Positions 19,901-28,209 of a DNA stretch of 64,000 nt are shown piece after piece. The notes below the pieces were generated by a model. It searched no databases. It had not been told where the DNA came from and saw nothing but the letters and a program-made list of their open reading frames with translations. The translations under genes and the position numbers were made by a program. This DNA is from a virus. Position 1 is the stretch's first letter, and every line of letters starts with the position of its first letter. The stretch lies in IMG/VR virus record IMGVR_UViG_3300020048_003770, positions 32,001-96,000 of that record; one strand, 5' to 3'.

Positions 19901-20208
19901 TAAAATTCCTTTCTAAGCTGATAGAACGTATAAGACGCCCTGTTTATGTGGTTTCAAGCAATGATGACGAAATGGATCGACTTTTATATCAAATCAAAAA
20001 ACAAAGTAGTGAGATAGAAGAGCAAAAGTTAGAGATACAAACTCTAAAAAATCAGTTGTTTTCAAATAGAGTGGAGGTGAATCCTGATTGTAATTCGTTT
20101 GATAATATTATACAAATCAAACTGAGTACGCATGGAGTTGCTGGAAGAGATAGAGAAAAACTTTTAGAACATGTGGTGCATGAATTGGTAAAGAAAGCTG
20201 GTTGGTGA
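19897..20208 (+). CDS. hypothetical coiled-coil protein
   Basis: ORF coupled to the JAB gene. Confidence 0.55.
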   Translation: MIKFLSKLIERIRRPVYVVSSNDDEMDRLLYQIKKQSSEIEEQKLEIQTLKNQLFSNRVEVNPDCNSFDNIIQIKLSTHGVAGRDREKLLEHVVHELVKKAGW

Positions 20209-20209
20209 A

Positions 20210-20974
20210 ATGAATGTTTATGGAGTTATTTTAAATGGAATGTGGTATTCTAATCGTTCTGAATTTAGAATGAATGGAATCGCTAACGGCATTTATAGCA
20301 TGAATATGGATGCGGATGATTTTCGTTCAACCATATCTCCCGCCAACATAGATGATGCTCGTAAATTTTTTAGCAAGGCGTCAAAAGTGAAATTAATCAG
20401 AGGTATATCGTTTCATGATGGTATTATCCCTGAAAATCCAATCTCTTACAAGTCTATTCCATTAAAGGTGAATGATTCTACCTATGATGAATTTGAAGAG
20501 ATTGAAGTTGCTCATTTGAAAGATAAGGTTTGTTATTACCTGCAAACAGTGTATACAAATAAATCTTATGCTTTATTGGACGTTAAGACTGCATATGAAG
20601 AGAAAAAGCCTTTAGATGGAGTTAAGGACGTTACTCCAGAGATGAGAATGGTTTATACATTCCATTGCTTTGAAAGAAAACAGGAAGAGATTAGAAAGGC
20701 GGTTTTGGAGCCTGAGCAAATCATTCGGAGATCTATGTCTGAGGGCGGTGCTGAAGTTGAGTATGTCAAGAAGAACAATAGAGGATTTGAAGTTCAGTGG
20801 AGTTCTGGAGGACATACTATCAATACTCAGTTGGATTCTAATTATAGAGTTGTTGAAGCTGGTTTTTGTGTTAGTAATTGGGATGGAACTCAATCTGCTA
20901 GGTCTTTGGTAAATGTATTGGATGATTATGTTGACGGTGGTGATTACATTCATAAAACAAGAACAGTGAGATGA
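20210..20974 (+). CDS. conserved hypothetical protein, candidate E2-like Ubl carrier
   Basis: C-terminal beta-rich domain with AGFCVSNWD..SARSLVNVL; operon context. Confidence 0.45.
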   Translation: MNVYGVILNGMWYSNRSEFRMNGIANGIYSMNMDADDFRSTISPANIDDARKFFSKASKVKLIRGISFHDGIIPENPISYKSIPLKVNDSTYDEFEEIEVAHLKDKVCYYLQTVYTNKSYALLDVKTAYEEKKPLDGVKDVTPEMRMVYTFHCFERKQEEIRKAVLEPEQIIRRSMSEGGAEVEYVKKNNRGFEVQWSSGGHTINTQLDSNYRVVEAGFCVSNWDGTQSARSLVNVLDDYVDGGDYIHKTRTVR

Positions 20975-20977
20975 TAA

Positions 20978-21382
20978 ATGGAAAAGCCCAATAAGATACA
21001 CGATAGCTTCTTTTGCGGAGGGATGTCAAACGAAGAAATTAATGAATTAGTTGGTTTTTTAGATTACAAATATTCTGTTGGGACTATGGTTCTGGTACAT
21101 GGTTCATTTAGTTCCTTTTCGGCTAAAGTGGTTGAACAAACTTATGGTTTTTGGGGAAGTTTTGGGAATATGTTACGTCAAGAATATATTGTTGAGACAG
21201 AGCAAGGAACTTTGGTTAGATATCCTGAGAATTGGTTAGAAACAGAAGAAGAAAGATCTGATAAAAGGTCAAAAATACGTAGGTTAATGGAAAAAGCGAA
21301 AACTCAAAATGATAATGACGTTAAAGAGGCACTTGTTTTTTGGGCGAATGCAATAGATGAAAGAATGTATCCTCAATTTTAG
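20978..21382 (+). CDS. hypothetical protein (SH3/KOW-like N-terminal part)
   Basis: KYSVGTMV..YIVE pattern. Confidence 0.5.
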   Translation: MEKPNKIHDSFFCGGMSNEEINELVGFLDYKYSVGTMVLVHGSFSSFSAKVVEQTYGFWGSFGNMLRQEYIVETEQGTLVRYPENWLETEEERSDKRSKIRRLMEKAKTQNDNDVKEALVFWANAIDERMYPQF

Positions 21383-21418
21383 AAAGGATTGTTTTAAAGA
21401 AAATTTGAAAACAGATTA

Positions 21419-21988
21419 ATGAAAATCTATAAAATAGCTCAAGAAAAATCTTATGAAGCCGAGTTTTTATCTACATTTAAACCGCAAAGTTTAGTTGGAT
21501 TGGCTTCTGAGGCATTAAAGTGTGAAAACTTTGAAAACTTTGAATCTGATTATCTTGGGGATATTAAACATGGAACTTATTGGCATGTAACAGATAATCC
21601 TAATTTTGCCATAGATTTATCTAAAGGTTCCAGAGATATGTCGTCTATGGCTGGCGGTGGAGAAAATGCGGGATCTTTAATGGTGACTTCTGATTTAACC
21701 CATTGGGCAAACTATTATGGAGATAGTCGTGGATATGCCGCTGAAATTGATTTAAGCGGGTTGAAACGTGACGAGTATAAGCAAATAAGCAGAGGTTTTG
21801 GAAATGAATTTTATATTAATGATGCATCAAAAGTTAAAGTGAAACAGGTTCTTCCCATTAAAAACGCTTTAAAAATAGATTCATATAGAAATTCAAGAAT
21901 TCCCAACAGCCAAGAGGAATTGAAACGATTTTATAATCAAGTCAACGATAGATATAAACAGTTTGTTGAATCTAAAAATAAATATTGA
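21419..21988 (+). CDS. putative ADP-ribosyltransferase-fold protein with MKIYKIAQ N-terminus
   Basis: YWHVTD, LMVTSD, GNEFYI ordered like the ART catalytic strands. Confidence 0.4.
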   Translation: MKIYKIAQEKSYEAEFLSTFKPQSLVGLASEALKCENFENFESDYLGDIKHGTYWHVTDNPNFAIDLSKGSRDMSSMAGGGENAGSLMVTSDLTHWANYYGDSRGYAAEIDLSGLKRDEYKQISRGFGNEFYINDASKVKVKQVLPIKNALKIDSYRNSRIPNSQEELKRFYNQVNDRYKQFVESKNKY

Positions 21989-22058
21989 TTTTTAACTTCA
22001 GATGTTGTATAATATAAACAGTTCAGGACAAGATTTGATCTTTGATCTTTGAGATTAT

Positions 22059-22192
22059 GGGGAAGTAGCCAAATGGAAAGGCACTATTATTCGGAAATAG
22101 CAAACAGCGATTATTACTTAAATTGTTTAATAGCAATTTCTTATCTAAACGCTTACAAACTTTTGGGGGTTCGATTCCCTCCTTCCCCACCA
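22059..22192 (+). ncRNA. tRNA-like RNA 1 (loop attcgga, UCG) with a ~60-nt module in the variable loop
   Basis: ggggaag/cttcccc plus ACCA, D-arm gcc..ggc, arm ctatt/aatag, T-loop ttcgatt; own TTGATT-N17-TATAAT promoter. Confidence 0.8.
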
Positions 22193-22282
22193 CTTTAAAA
22201 TAATTAAAATAAATATTGATTTTTGAAATAATATTTGTATAATAATGATACGAAACGATTTACTTGATCTTTAATAATTTAT

Positions 22283-22418
22283 GGAGAGGACGCCTAACGG
22301 TAGGGCACTATTCAGTTAAAATAGCAAAAATACAGCGATTATGCCTTCAATTGTTTAACCGCAATTGCTTTATGAACGCTTACAAACATATTAGGTTCGA
22401 CTCCTAAACTCTCCACCA
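22283..22418 (+). ncRNA. tRNA-like RNA 2 (loop cagttaa, GUU) with the same variable-loop module
   Basis: ggagag/ctctcc plus ACCA, D-arm, arm ctatt/aatag, T-arm ttagg-ttcgact-cctaa; own promoter. Confidence 0.8.
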
Positions 22419-22427
22419 CTTTTAATT

Positions 22428-22568
22428 TAGCGTATGAAATATGACGCAAGCCGAACCGAATATGCTCCTTGAGATAGTTAATGGGTTAGGCTTAGATAGC
22501 GAAGTTGTAAGGATTATATGCATGTAATTCTTTGAACATGGTCTTAAGTCCAAATGCCTATCTTGAGA
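22428..22568 (+). ncRNA. candidate structured RNA 3
   Basis: stems gcgt/acgc, aagcc.aacc/ggtt.ggctt, agatag/ctatct, aaggattata/tgtaattctt; no ORF. Confidence 0.45.
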
Positions 22569-22589
22569 TTTCTGTTCTTTTATAATTTA

Positions 22590-22707
22590 AAGCGATCCCT
22601 TATGAAATACTTACACGCAAGTTCATTTGGTTGAACAAATCACTATTAATGATTCGGATCTGGTTCAAATCCAGAGCAAAAAATAGTATTGCTAACTTGG
22701 ATCGCTT
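22590..22707 (+). ncRNA. Y RNA (YrlA)-like RNA 4: closing stem enclosing D, anticodon and T arms
   Basis: aagcgatcc/ggatcgctt outer stem, aatact/agtatt inner stem, gttc/gaac, aatca-ctattaa-tgatt, tctgg-ttcaaat-ccaga. Confidence 0.75.
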
Positions 22708-22730
22708 CTTTTTCTTGTTCTTTTATATTT

Positions 22731-22862
22731 TGACTTGTGGTTTACGAACAATGCCCGACATTTTTTTGTAAACGTAAGCCTTCAACTGCTGCTAAAAACA
22801 AATAACATTACTGTCTCAGGTTCGCAGTAGTCGGCGTAGAGTAGACATTCTCTACCAAGTCA
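22731..22862 (+). ncRNA. candidate structured RNA 5 (long closing stem, large single-stranded loop)
   Basis: tgacttg/caagtca, ccgac/gtcgg, tactg/cagta; boxA-like element upstream. Confidence 0.55.
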
Positions 22863-22869
22863 TTTCATT

Positions 22870-23013
22870 TTCCCAACAATCCCTTATTCAATGCTTACAA
22901 ACCGCGAATATAGCTCATTTGGTTAGAGCATTGTCCTTAAAAAACAAACGTAGAGGGTTCAAATCCTTCTATTTGCACCAAAAATAAAGCATTTACAACT
23001 TGGATTGTTGGAA
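22870..23013 (+). ncRNA. Y RNA-like RNA 6 enclosing a complete tRNA body (22904-22980, loop cttaaaa, UAA)
   Basis: ccaacaatcc/ggattgttgg outer stem, aatgctt/aagcatt inner stem; tRNA gcgaata/tatttgc plus ACCA. Confidence 0.75.
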
Positions 23014-23020
23014 TTTTTTT

Positions 23021-23053
23021 AAAAAGCGTATTATTAATTTAATACGCTTTTTT
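23021..23053 (+). terminator. intrinsic terminator closing the ncRNA array
   Basis: aaaaagcgtatta/taatacgcttttt plus T-tract. Confidence 0.85.
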
Positions 23054-23120
23054 GTTTTTTATCTTGATTATTGTACTTAATGGAGTATAATATTAAAAAT
23101 AGAAATTAGAAAGGATTAAT

Positions 23121-23420
23121 ATGTATAACGATTATAAAGACCTATGGTTGTCTTTTAACGGAATTTTAGATAATAGTTCTAAGGATTTTCAATATTCTTT
23201 GGATAGTAACAAAAATCCAAAGCCTAGAATGGTAATGGGCTGGAATCATTGTCATAGATGCAGCCGTTCATTTAGTAGATTTTGGTTTTACTCCAAAGAA
23301 CAGTTTGATAAAGAGGTTTCTGAAAATATAAAATGTCCTTGGTGTGACGGAGAAACAAAAGTATTTCATGAGACGGATGAAGAGATAATGCCCCAGTCTG
23401 AATTTGGAGTCGATATATGA
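23121..23420 (+). CDS. zinc-ribbon protein
   Basis: CHRC...CPWC. Confidence 0.6.
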   Translation: MYNDYKDLWLSFNGILDNSSKDFQYSLDSNKNPKPRMVMGWNHCHRCSRSFSRFWFYSKEQFDKEVSENIKCPWCDGETKVFHETDEEIMPQSEFGVDI

Positions 23421-23442
23421 GAACAAAATAGAAAGGATTAAC

Positions 23443-24051
23443 ATGGAAACAAAAATCGAAAACTTTTTAATTTGTGGAATAGGGGCGGCAGGGGCAAATA
23501 TCTTCATGAACTTGCTATATGCCTACCCTAATGCCACATTCACTGTAGTTGATTTTGATAAAGTGGAAGATAGAAATGTCAGTCCAGGAACTCAACCTTA
23601 CACTAAAGCTGATATAAATCGCCCTAAAACGCAAGCCTTGCAGAGAATAGCTCAAATGTTAAAACAAAAAAGAATTGATGCAGCGAATATAAAAATTGCA
23701 TCGAAGTTGGATATAACAGATAGAGTTAAAGACCCAAAAACAACATTGATAATTGATGCTTTCGATAATGCGGAATCTAGGAATCTATTTTTAGAATTAC
23801 CGAAGAAGTATAATGTATTGCATGTTGGATTTAGTGCCTTATTAAGTGGGGAAGCGGCTTGGAATGAGATTTATGAACCAATGACTAAATCAAAGTCGGA
23901 TGGTGAGATTGACGTTTGCGAAATGTCTATAGCTCGCCCTTTCATTATGTCATTAACTGGTATGGCATCTATCGTTATTGCTAATTTCATTGAGAGTGGC
24001 AAGAAAATCAATATGTATTTTGATAAGCATTTGAATGTTAAGAAGTTCTAA
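23443..24051 (+). CDS. ThiF/MoeB-family (E1-like) adenylyltransferase
   Basis: ICGIGAAG, VVDFDKVEDRNV, K..AL, IIDAFDN..SR; lone Cys in DVCE, no CxxC zinc pairs. Confidence 0.9.
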   Translation: METKIENFLICGIGAAGANIFMNLLYAYPNATFTVVDFDKVEDRNVSPGTQPYTKADINRPKTQALQRIAQMLKQKRIDAANIKIASKLDITDRVKDPKTTLIIDAFDNAESRNLFLELPKKYNVLHVGFSALLSGEAAWNEIYEPMTKSKSDGEIDVCEMSIARPFIMSLTGMASIVIANFIESGKKINMYFDKHLNVKKF

Positions 24052-24063
24052 AGAAAGGATTAA

Positions 24064-24478
24064 TATGCATTATGGATATTTGGAAGAAGGCGATAAGTGT
24101 CCAGAAAAAGAGTGTAAAGGTATATTGGAATATCCTCATCCTAAGAATTGTTCGTGTCATATAAGTCCGCCGTGTCACGCATGTACTTCTGTCGTTTTGA
24201 CCTGTAATGAGTGTGGATGGGAAGATGAGTCAGAACCAGTTGACTATGTGGCATGTTGTCCGGGACTTTATCTGGTAGTTAACAAACCACAACCATTAGA
24301 TAATACAAAGGTTAGCTATAGATGTGAATTGCATTCTAATTCTTCTATGATAAAGAAGGGCGTTTATCCTGAACATATGAGTTGGGAAGATGTTCGAAAA
24401 GAGGTAGATGGAACATTTGGTGGAAGGTTTGAGTATTTTAATGATGGGAAGTTTAAATTTATAGCATACACTGATTGA
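24064..24478 (+). CDS. Cys-rich hypothetical phage protein
   Basis: CPEKEC, CSCHISPPCHAC, CNECG; GTFGGRF C-terminus. Confidence 0.6.
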
Positions 24479-24488
24479 AAGGAGAATT

Positions 24489-24913
24489 ATGAAAATTAAT
24501 GTTGAAATTGAAAAACTTTATCAGGATTCCGAAATTCCAGAATATAAATCGGATGGAAGAGTAGAATATGATTTGAAGGCGTATGTAAAGACATCGAATA
24601 ATATGCCTTGGAGTTTTTTGTGACAGAGGGGATGAGAAGTGTTCCAATTCCAACAGGATTGAAAATTTCTATACCTGACAATTATTGTGCAGTTATAACA
24701 ACGGGACGTAAATTATTGGAAAATACAACGATTAGAGTTTCTGGTGGGGCTATTATTTTAAATGGAAGTTACAATGACGAGTTAGCCATTTATATTGATA
24801 ATATTGGCGAATGCGAAAGAGATGACGTATCGATTAAACACGGTGACGTTATTGCACAATTAACATTTCTCCCATATCATATCGCTAAATTTATAGTTAA
24901 AGGAGAATTATGA
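24489..24913 (+). pseudogene. dUTPase-like gene split by a -1 frameshift
   Basis: frame A MKINVEIEKLYQDSEIPEYKSDGRVEYDLKA (stop 24621-24623); frame B IPTGLKISIPDNY..IKHGDVIAQL. Confidence 0.7.
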
Positions 24914-25161
24914 TAATTAATACGCAACTATGACTTGATGAATGCGCTTCAAAATTTTTGGGTAAAACGGTATTCTTTTTAGATTCATTTGGTTTGCCGT
25001 GTAAAGGCGTCGTATCTAATTATGATGCTCGCCAGTTATTCGTTGGGAAGAATCGCAGCTTGATTTATGGGCAATCTGAATTCTTTTTTTCAATAGAAGA
25101 ATTGTGTAAGTGGGTTAAAGATAATGTTAGAGAAGTATAAAGCTGATTGAAAGGTAAAATA

Positions 25162-25947
25162 ATGAGCGATTTAAACATAAGCTCTCTAGAAACATATAAT
25201 CGAAGAATGTCCACCAGCCTAATCGACAAGATATTCTTCCTAGATAAGGTCAATGTCAAAAACTTTTTAGATTTTGGATGTGCGAATGGAGAATTACTAT
25301 CTTTTATGGTTACTATTGTTGATGGTGACGTTCATCTGATCGGATATGATAAATATCCTGAAATGATAAAACTAGCCAAAAATAGATTGGGCGGATTAAA
25401 AAGCGTTACTTTAAGTGATTCATTTGAAGAATTAGAAAAAATCGACTTTAGCGAAACTTGTTTGGTTCTAAGTTCTGTTTTGCATGAGATTTACCATTAT
25501 GGAACTCCAAAAGATATAGAAGATTTTTGGGAAATGGTATGGAAGTCGAATTTCAAGAATATTGTCATTAGAGATACAATTCCCTCATCGACTATTGAAA
25601 GGTTATCTCATGTAAATGATATCCGTTCAGTTATGACTCATGATTTGTTGCATAGATGTCTGTTAAGAGACTTTGAGGATAATTTCGGCAGTATATCTAG
25701 TAATAAGAACTTAATCCATCTATTGCTTAAATATCAATATATCGAGCCAAATTGGAAGCGAGAAGTCAAGGAGAACTATTTTCCTATATATTATGAGAAT
25801 TTACTTAGGTTAATCCCTTCCAAATATGAAACTATATATAGCAATCATTATGTGTTGCCTTATTTTTATCGTCATATTAAGAATGAGTTTGGAATAACGA
25901 TAAAAGACAATACGCATTTACAATTGATACTTGAAAGGACAACATGA
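25162..25947 (+). CDS. class I SAM-dependent methyltransferase
   Basis: FLDFGCANG, IGYD, LSSVLHEIY, IVIRD. Confidence 0.8.
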   Translation: MSDLNISSLETYNRRMSTSLIDKIFFLDKVNVKNFLDFGCANGELLSFMVTIVDGDVHLIGYDKYPEMIKLAKNRLGGLKSVTLSDSFEELEKIDFSETCLVLSSVLHEIYHYGTPKDIEDFWEMVWKSNFKNIVIRDTIPSSTIERLSHVNDIRSVMTHDLLHRCLLRDFEDNFGSISSNKNLIHLLLKYQYIEPNWKREVKENYFPIYYENLLRLIPSKYETIYSNHYVLPYFYRHIKNEFGITIKDNTHLQLILERTT

Positions 25948-26141
25948 TTGAAGAATTAGCAGAAATTAAATCGGAATTAGCGAAAATTAATAACGATCCA
26001 GATGTGATGTTTTTAGAATGTCATTGTTTTGAGATTGAAAACATTAAAACTATAGGGCGGAAAGCCGAACAGTGCAAGAAATGTCCTGCTTATATTAGTT
26101 TTGCTTCACAATATCCAAAGCACTTCCCCAATTATTATTAA
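25944..26141 (+). CDS. hypothetical protein
   Basis: ORF track. Confidence 0.45.
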   Translation: MIEELAEIKSELAKINNDPDVMFLECHCFEIENIKTIGRKAEQCKKCPAYISFASQYPKHFPNYY

Positions 26142-26244
26142 AGCGGAATTGACAAAGCCACTATTTAAAATTGCAAAAGGAATCTGTTTCACTTTTTACG
26201 AATTAGTAATCTGTTCAATTTTTAACTAGCATAAAGGAGAATAG

Positions 26245-26640
26245 ATGAAAATAGTAAAGACAGCATCAGGCAAACAAACAATAAAGATTTCCAAAAAAGA
26301 ATGGACATCTCTTGGTAAAAAAGCTGGTTGGATAAAAACGGCGACATCCAGTAGAGAAAAAGTGATGCATGATTTGAGATCTATCCTTGGCGATAAGGCT
26401 TTTATTAGACCAACTGAAGAATTTGATGGGACTCCAGACGGGATATGGTTCTCAAATGAAGAAGATGGTATTGACGGACTTCCAACATTTGATACCAATG
26501 GAGAAACGGAGATGCTCGCTAATTTCGGTATAGAAGCATATCCATATCAAGCTCACCCTAAACTCGAAGCTCTAATGAATAGTCATAATTGGTATATTGA
26601 ACCATATGACGGTGGAACATTAATGGCTTGGACAAGATAA
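26245..26640 (+). CDS. protein with conserved N-terminal KTASGK..EW..GKKAGW motif (paralog 1)
   Basis: shared ~33-aa N-terminus. Confidence 0.75.
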   Translation: MKIVKTASGKQTIKISKKEWTSLGKKAGWIKTATSSREKVMHDLRSILGDKAFIRPTEEFDGTPDGIWFSNEEDGIDGLPTFDTNGETEMLANFGIEAYPYQAHPKLEALMNSHNWYIEPYDGGTLMAWTR

Positions 26641-26655
26641 ATTCAAGGAGAATAT

Positions 26656-27174
26656 ATGAGAGTTACAAAAACAGCAAATAAATCAAAAATCACTTTGTCT
26701 CAAAAAGAATGGCAAAACATAGGTCAGAAAGCAGGATGGATGAAAACTGCTCAATTTGGTAGTGGAATGGAAACTGTCGAAATAGGTAGCACTCCAAACG
26801 ACGAACCATGCGCTCAAGTTGGATCAGATAACTATAGGCAACTAGCTCAAATGGAAATAAAAGCATTTGCAAAACAATGTCAAAGAATGTTCCCGAATAA
26901 GCCACAAGGTGCTAGATTCGTAGTAACTAATAACCCACACGATTTTGGTACTTATTATGAGTTAGGAGTAAAATTTAGAACGGATGATGAAGAAGCTGAA
27001 AATTATGCTTATGAAGTTCAAAATAGCATGCCTTCTAATTGGGATGATCAAGCGAGAGCAGAATTAGAACAACAAGGGTATTTTCAATTGTTAGATGGCA
27101 ATAAAGAAAATGATTCTGAGATGCCAGGTTTTGAAGGCACTAATGATTCTCTCAATAATTTAGGAATACGATAA
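26656..27174 (+). CDS. N-terminal-motif protein (paralog 2)
   Basis: MRVTKTANKSKITLSQKEWQNIGQKAGWMKTAQ; body has E.CAQVG..Y and PHDFGTYYE. Confidence 0.75.
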   Translation: MRVTKTANKSKITLSQKEWQNIGQKAGWMKTAQFGSGMETVEIGSTPNDEPCAQVGSDNYRQLAQMEIKAFAKQCQRMFPNKPQGARFVVTNNPHDFGTYYELGVKFRTDDEEAENYAYEVQNSMPSNWDDQARAELEQQGYFQLLDGNKENDSEMPGFEGTNDSLNNLGIR

Positions 27175-27176
27175 TT

Positions 27177-27719
27177 GTGAAAATAGTAAAAACAGCTAGT
27201 GGTAAGCAAAATATAAGATTGAGTAGAAGCGAATGGCAATCCATTGGAGAACGTGCTGGATGGATAAAAACAGCCAAACAGTATGAAGTCAGTTATTCTG
27301 TTGGTTTCTCCCCTGAAATAAAAAAGAAAACTGTTTTTGTCAATCCCTCCAAGCTTCCAGAAGGTGTTACAGAAAAAGATTTTATTGCTAAACAATTGAG
27401 CAAAAAAGAGGGGAAGAATGTAATTATAGTGAAATCAATACCGATAGGTTCTGTTAGTAAAAAGCATGGACCGAATGTAAAAGATTTGCAAAGGGCTCGT
27501 GGCGAAGAAATGAGGAAAGAACGCCAACGTATAAAAAACAGGGAAGACCATGAAAATTGGTTGAAACAGAAATTGAAAGAAAATGATTTGCCAGAAGATA
27601 TAGATGAGGAAAGAGCACTCCCATTGATTGAAGAATTCGAACAAGTTAAAGGATTGGGTGAAGAAGAAAAAGAACTTTCATTAATTGAACAATTGGAACG
27701 GAAAAAGAAAAACATATGA
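27177..27719 (+). CDS. N-terminal-motif protein (paralog 3)
   Basis: MKIVKTASGKQNIRLSRSEWQSIGERAGWIKTA. Confidence 0.75.
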   Translation: MKIVKTASGKQNIRLSRSEWQSIGERAGWIKTAKQYEVSYSVGFSPEIKKKTVFVNPSKLPEGVTEKDFIAKQLSKKEGKNVIIVKSIPIGSVSKKHGPNVKDLQRARGEEMRKERQRIKNREDHENWLKQKLKENDLPEDIDEERALPLIEEFEQVKGLGEEEKELSLIEQLERKKKNI

Positions 27720-28129
27720 AAATAACTAAAACAGCAAGCGGTAAACAAACGATTAAGATTTCCAAGAAAGAATGGGCAAGTATTGGTAAAAAAGCGGGTT
27801 GGTTGGATGGAGACGTTATGAAAGTTGTAAAAGAAGACATTCAGTATCAAGCCGCTCCATATGGTTATATCGCTACTATACCAAAAGGAACCGCCGTTGT
27901 ACCTGCATCTAATCTAGAGATGGGTGGATATTGGGCTGAAGAGTGGGATGGAATGGACGAAAAGGCAAGATCATGGTTGGATAATTATGGCTTTCATCTT
28001 TTAGAAAGCGATGTCGAAGATGTTGACGATACTTATCACTCAGAACCTAATCACCAAGATGTTTTAGATAGAAGAGCGGATGCAGAAGATGAGGCGGAAT
28101 ATAATAAATGGATGTCAGAACGAGGATAA
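27716..28129 (+). CDS. N-terminal-motif protein (paralog 4)
   Basis: MKITKTASGKQTIKISKKEWASIGKKAGW. Confidence 0.75.
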   Translation: MKITKTASGKQTIKISKKEWASIGKKAGWLDGDVMKVVKEDIQYQAAPYGYIATIPKGTAVVPASNLEMGGYWAEEWDGMDEKARSWLDNYGFHLLESDVEDVDDTYHSEPNHQDVLDRRADAEDEAEYNKWMSERG

Positions 28130-28209
28130 TTATTTAAAATAGTTCTTGATTTTAAAACAGAACAAGCCCTTGACATACTCCCCATGAATAAATTCAGGGG
28201 ATTCTAGGC

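Noticed and set aside
22059-22418. Intron-containing tRNA-Arg and tRNA-Asn
   Set aside because: The inserts are in the variable loop, far too short for group I/II introns, and the same module flanks other RNAs externally.
22904-22980. Ordinary tRNA-Leu(UAA)
   Set aside because: It lacks the long variable arm of bacterial tRNA-Leu and is embedded in the conserved flanking module, so it is reported as part of a Y-like RNA.
23443-24051. ThiF as a thiamine or molybdopterin biosynthesis gene
   Set aside because: No thiG/moaE-type genes are in the window and the CxxC zinc motifs are absent; the context is JAB, Ubl and vWA.
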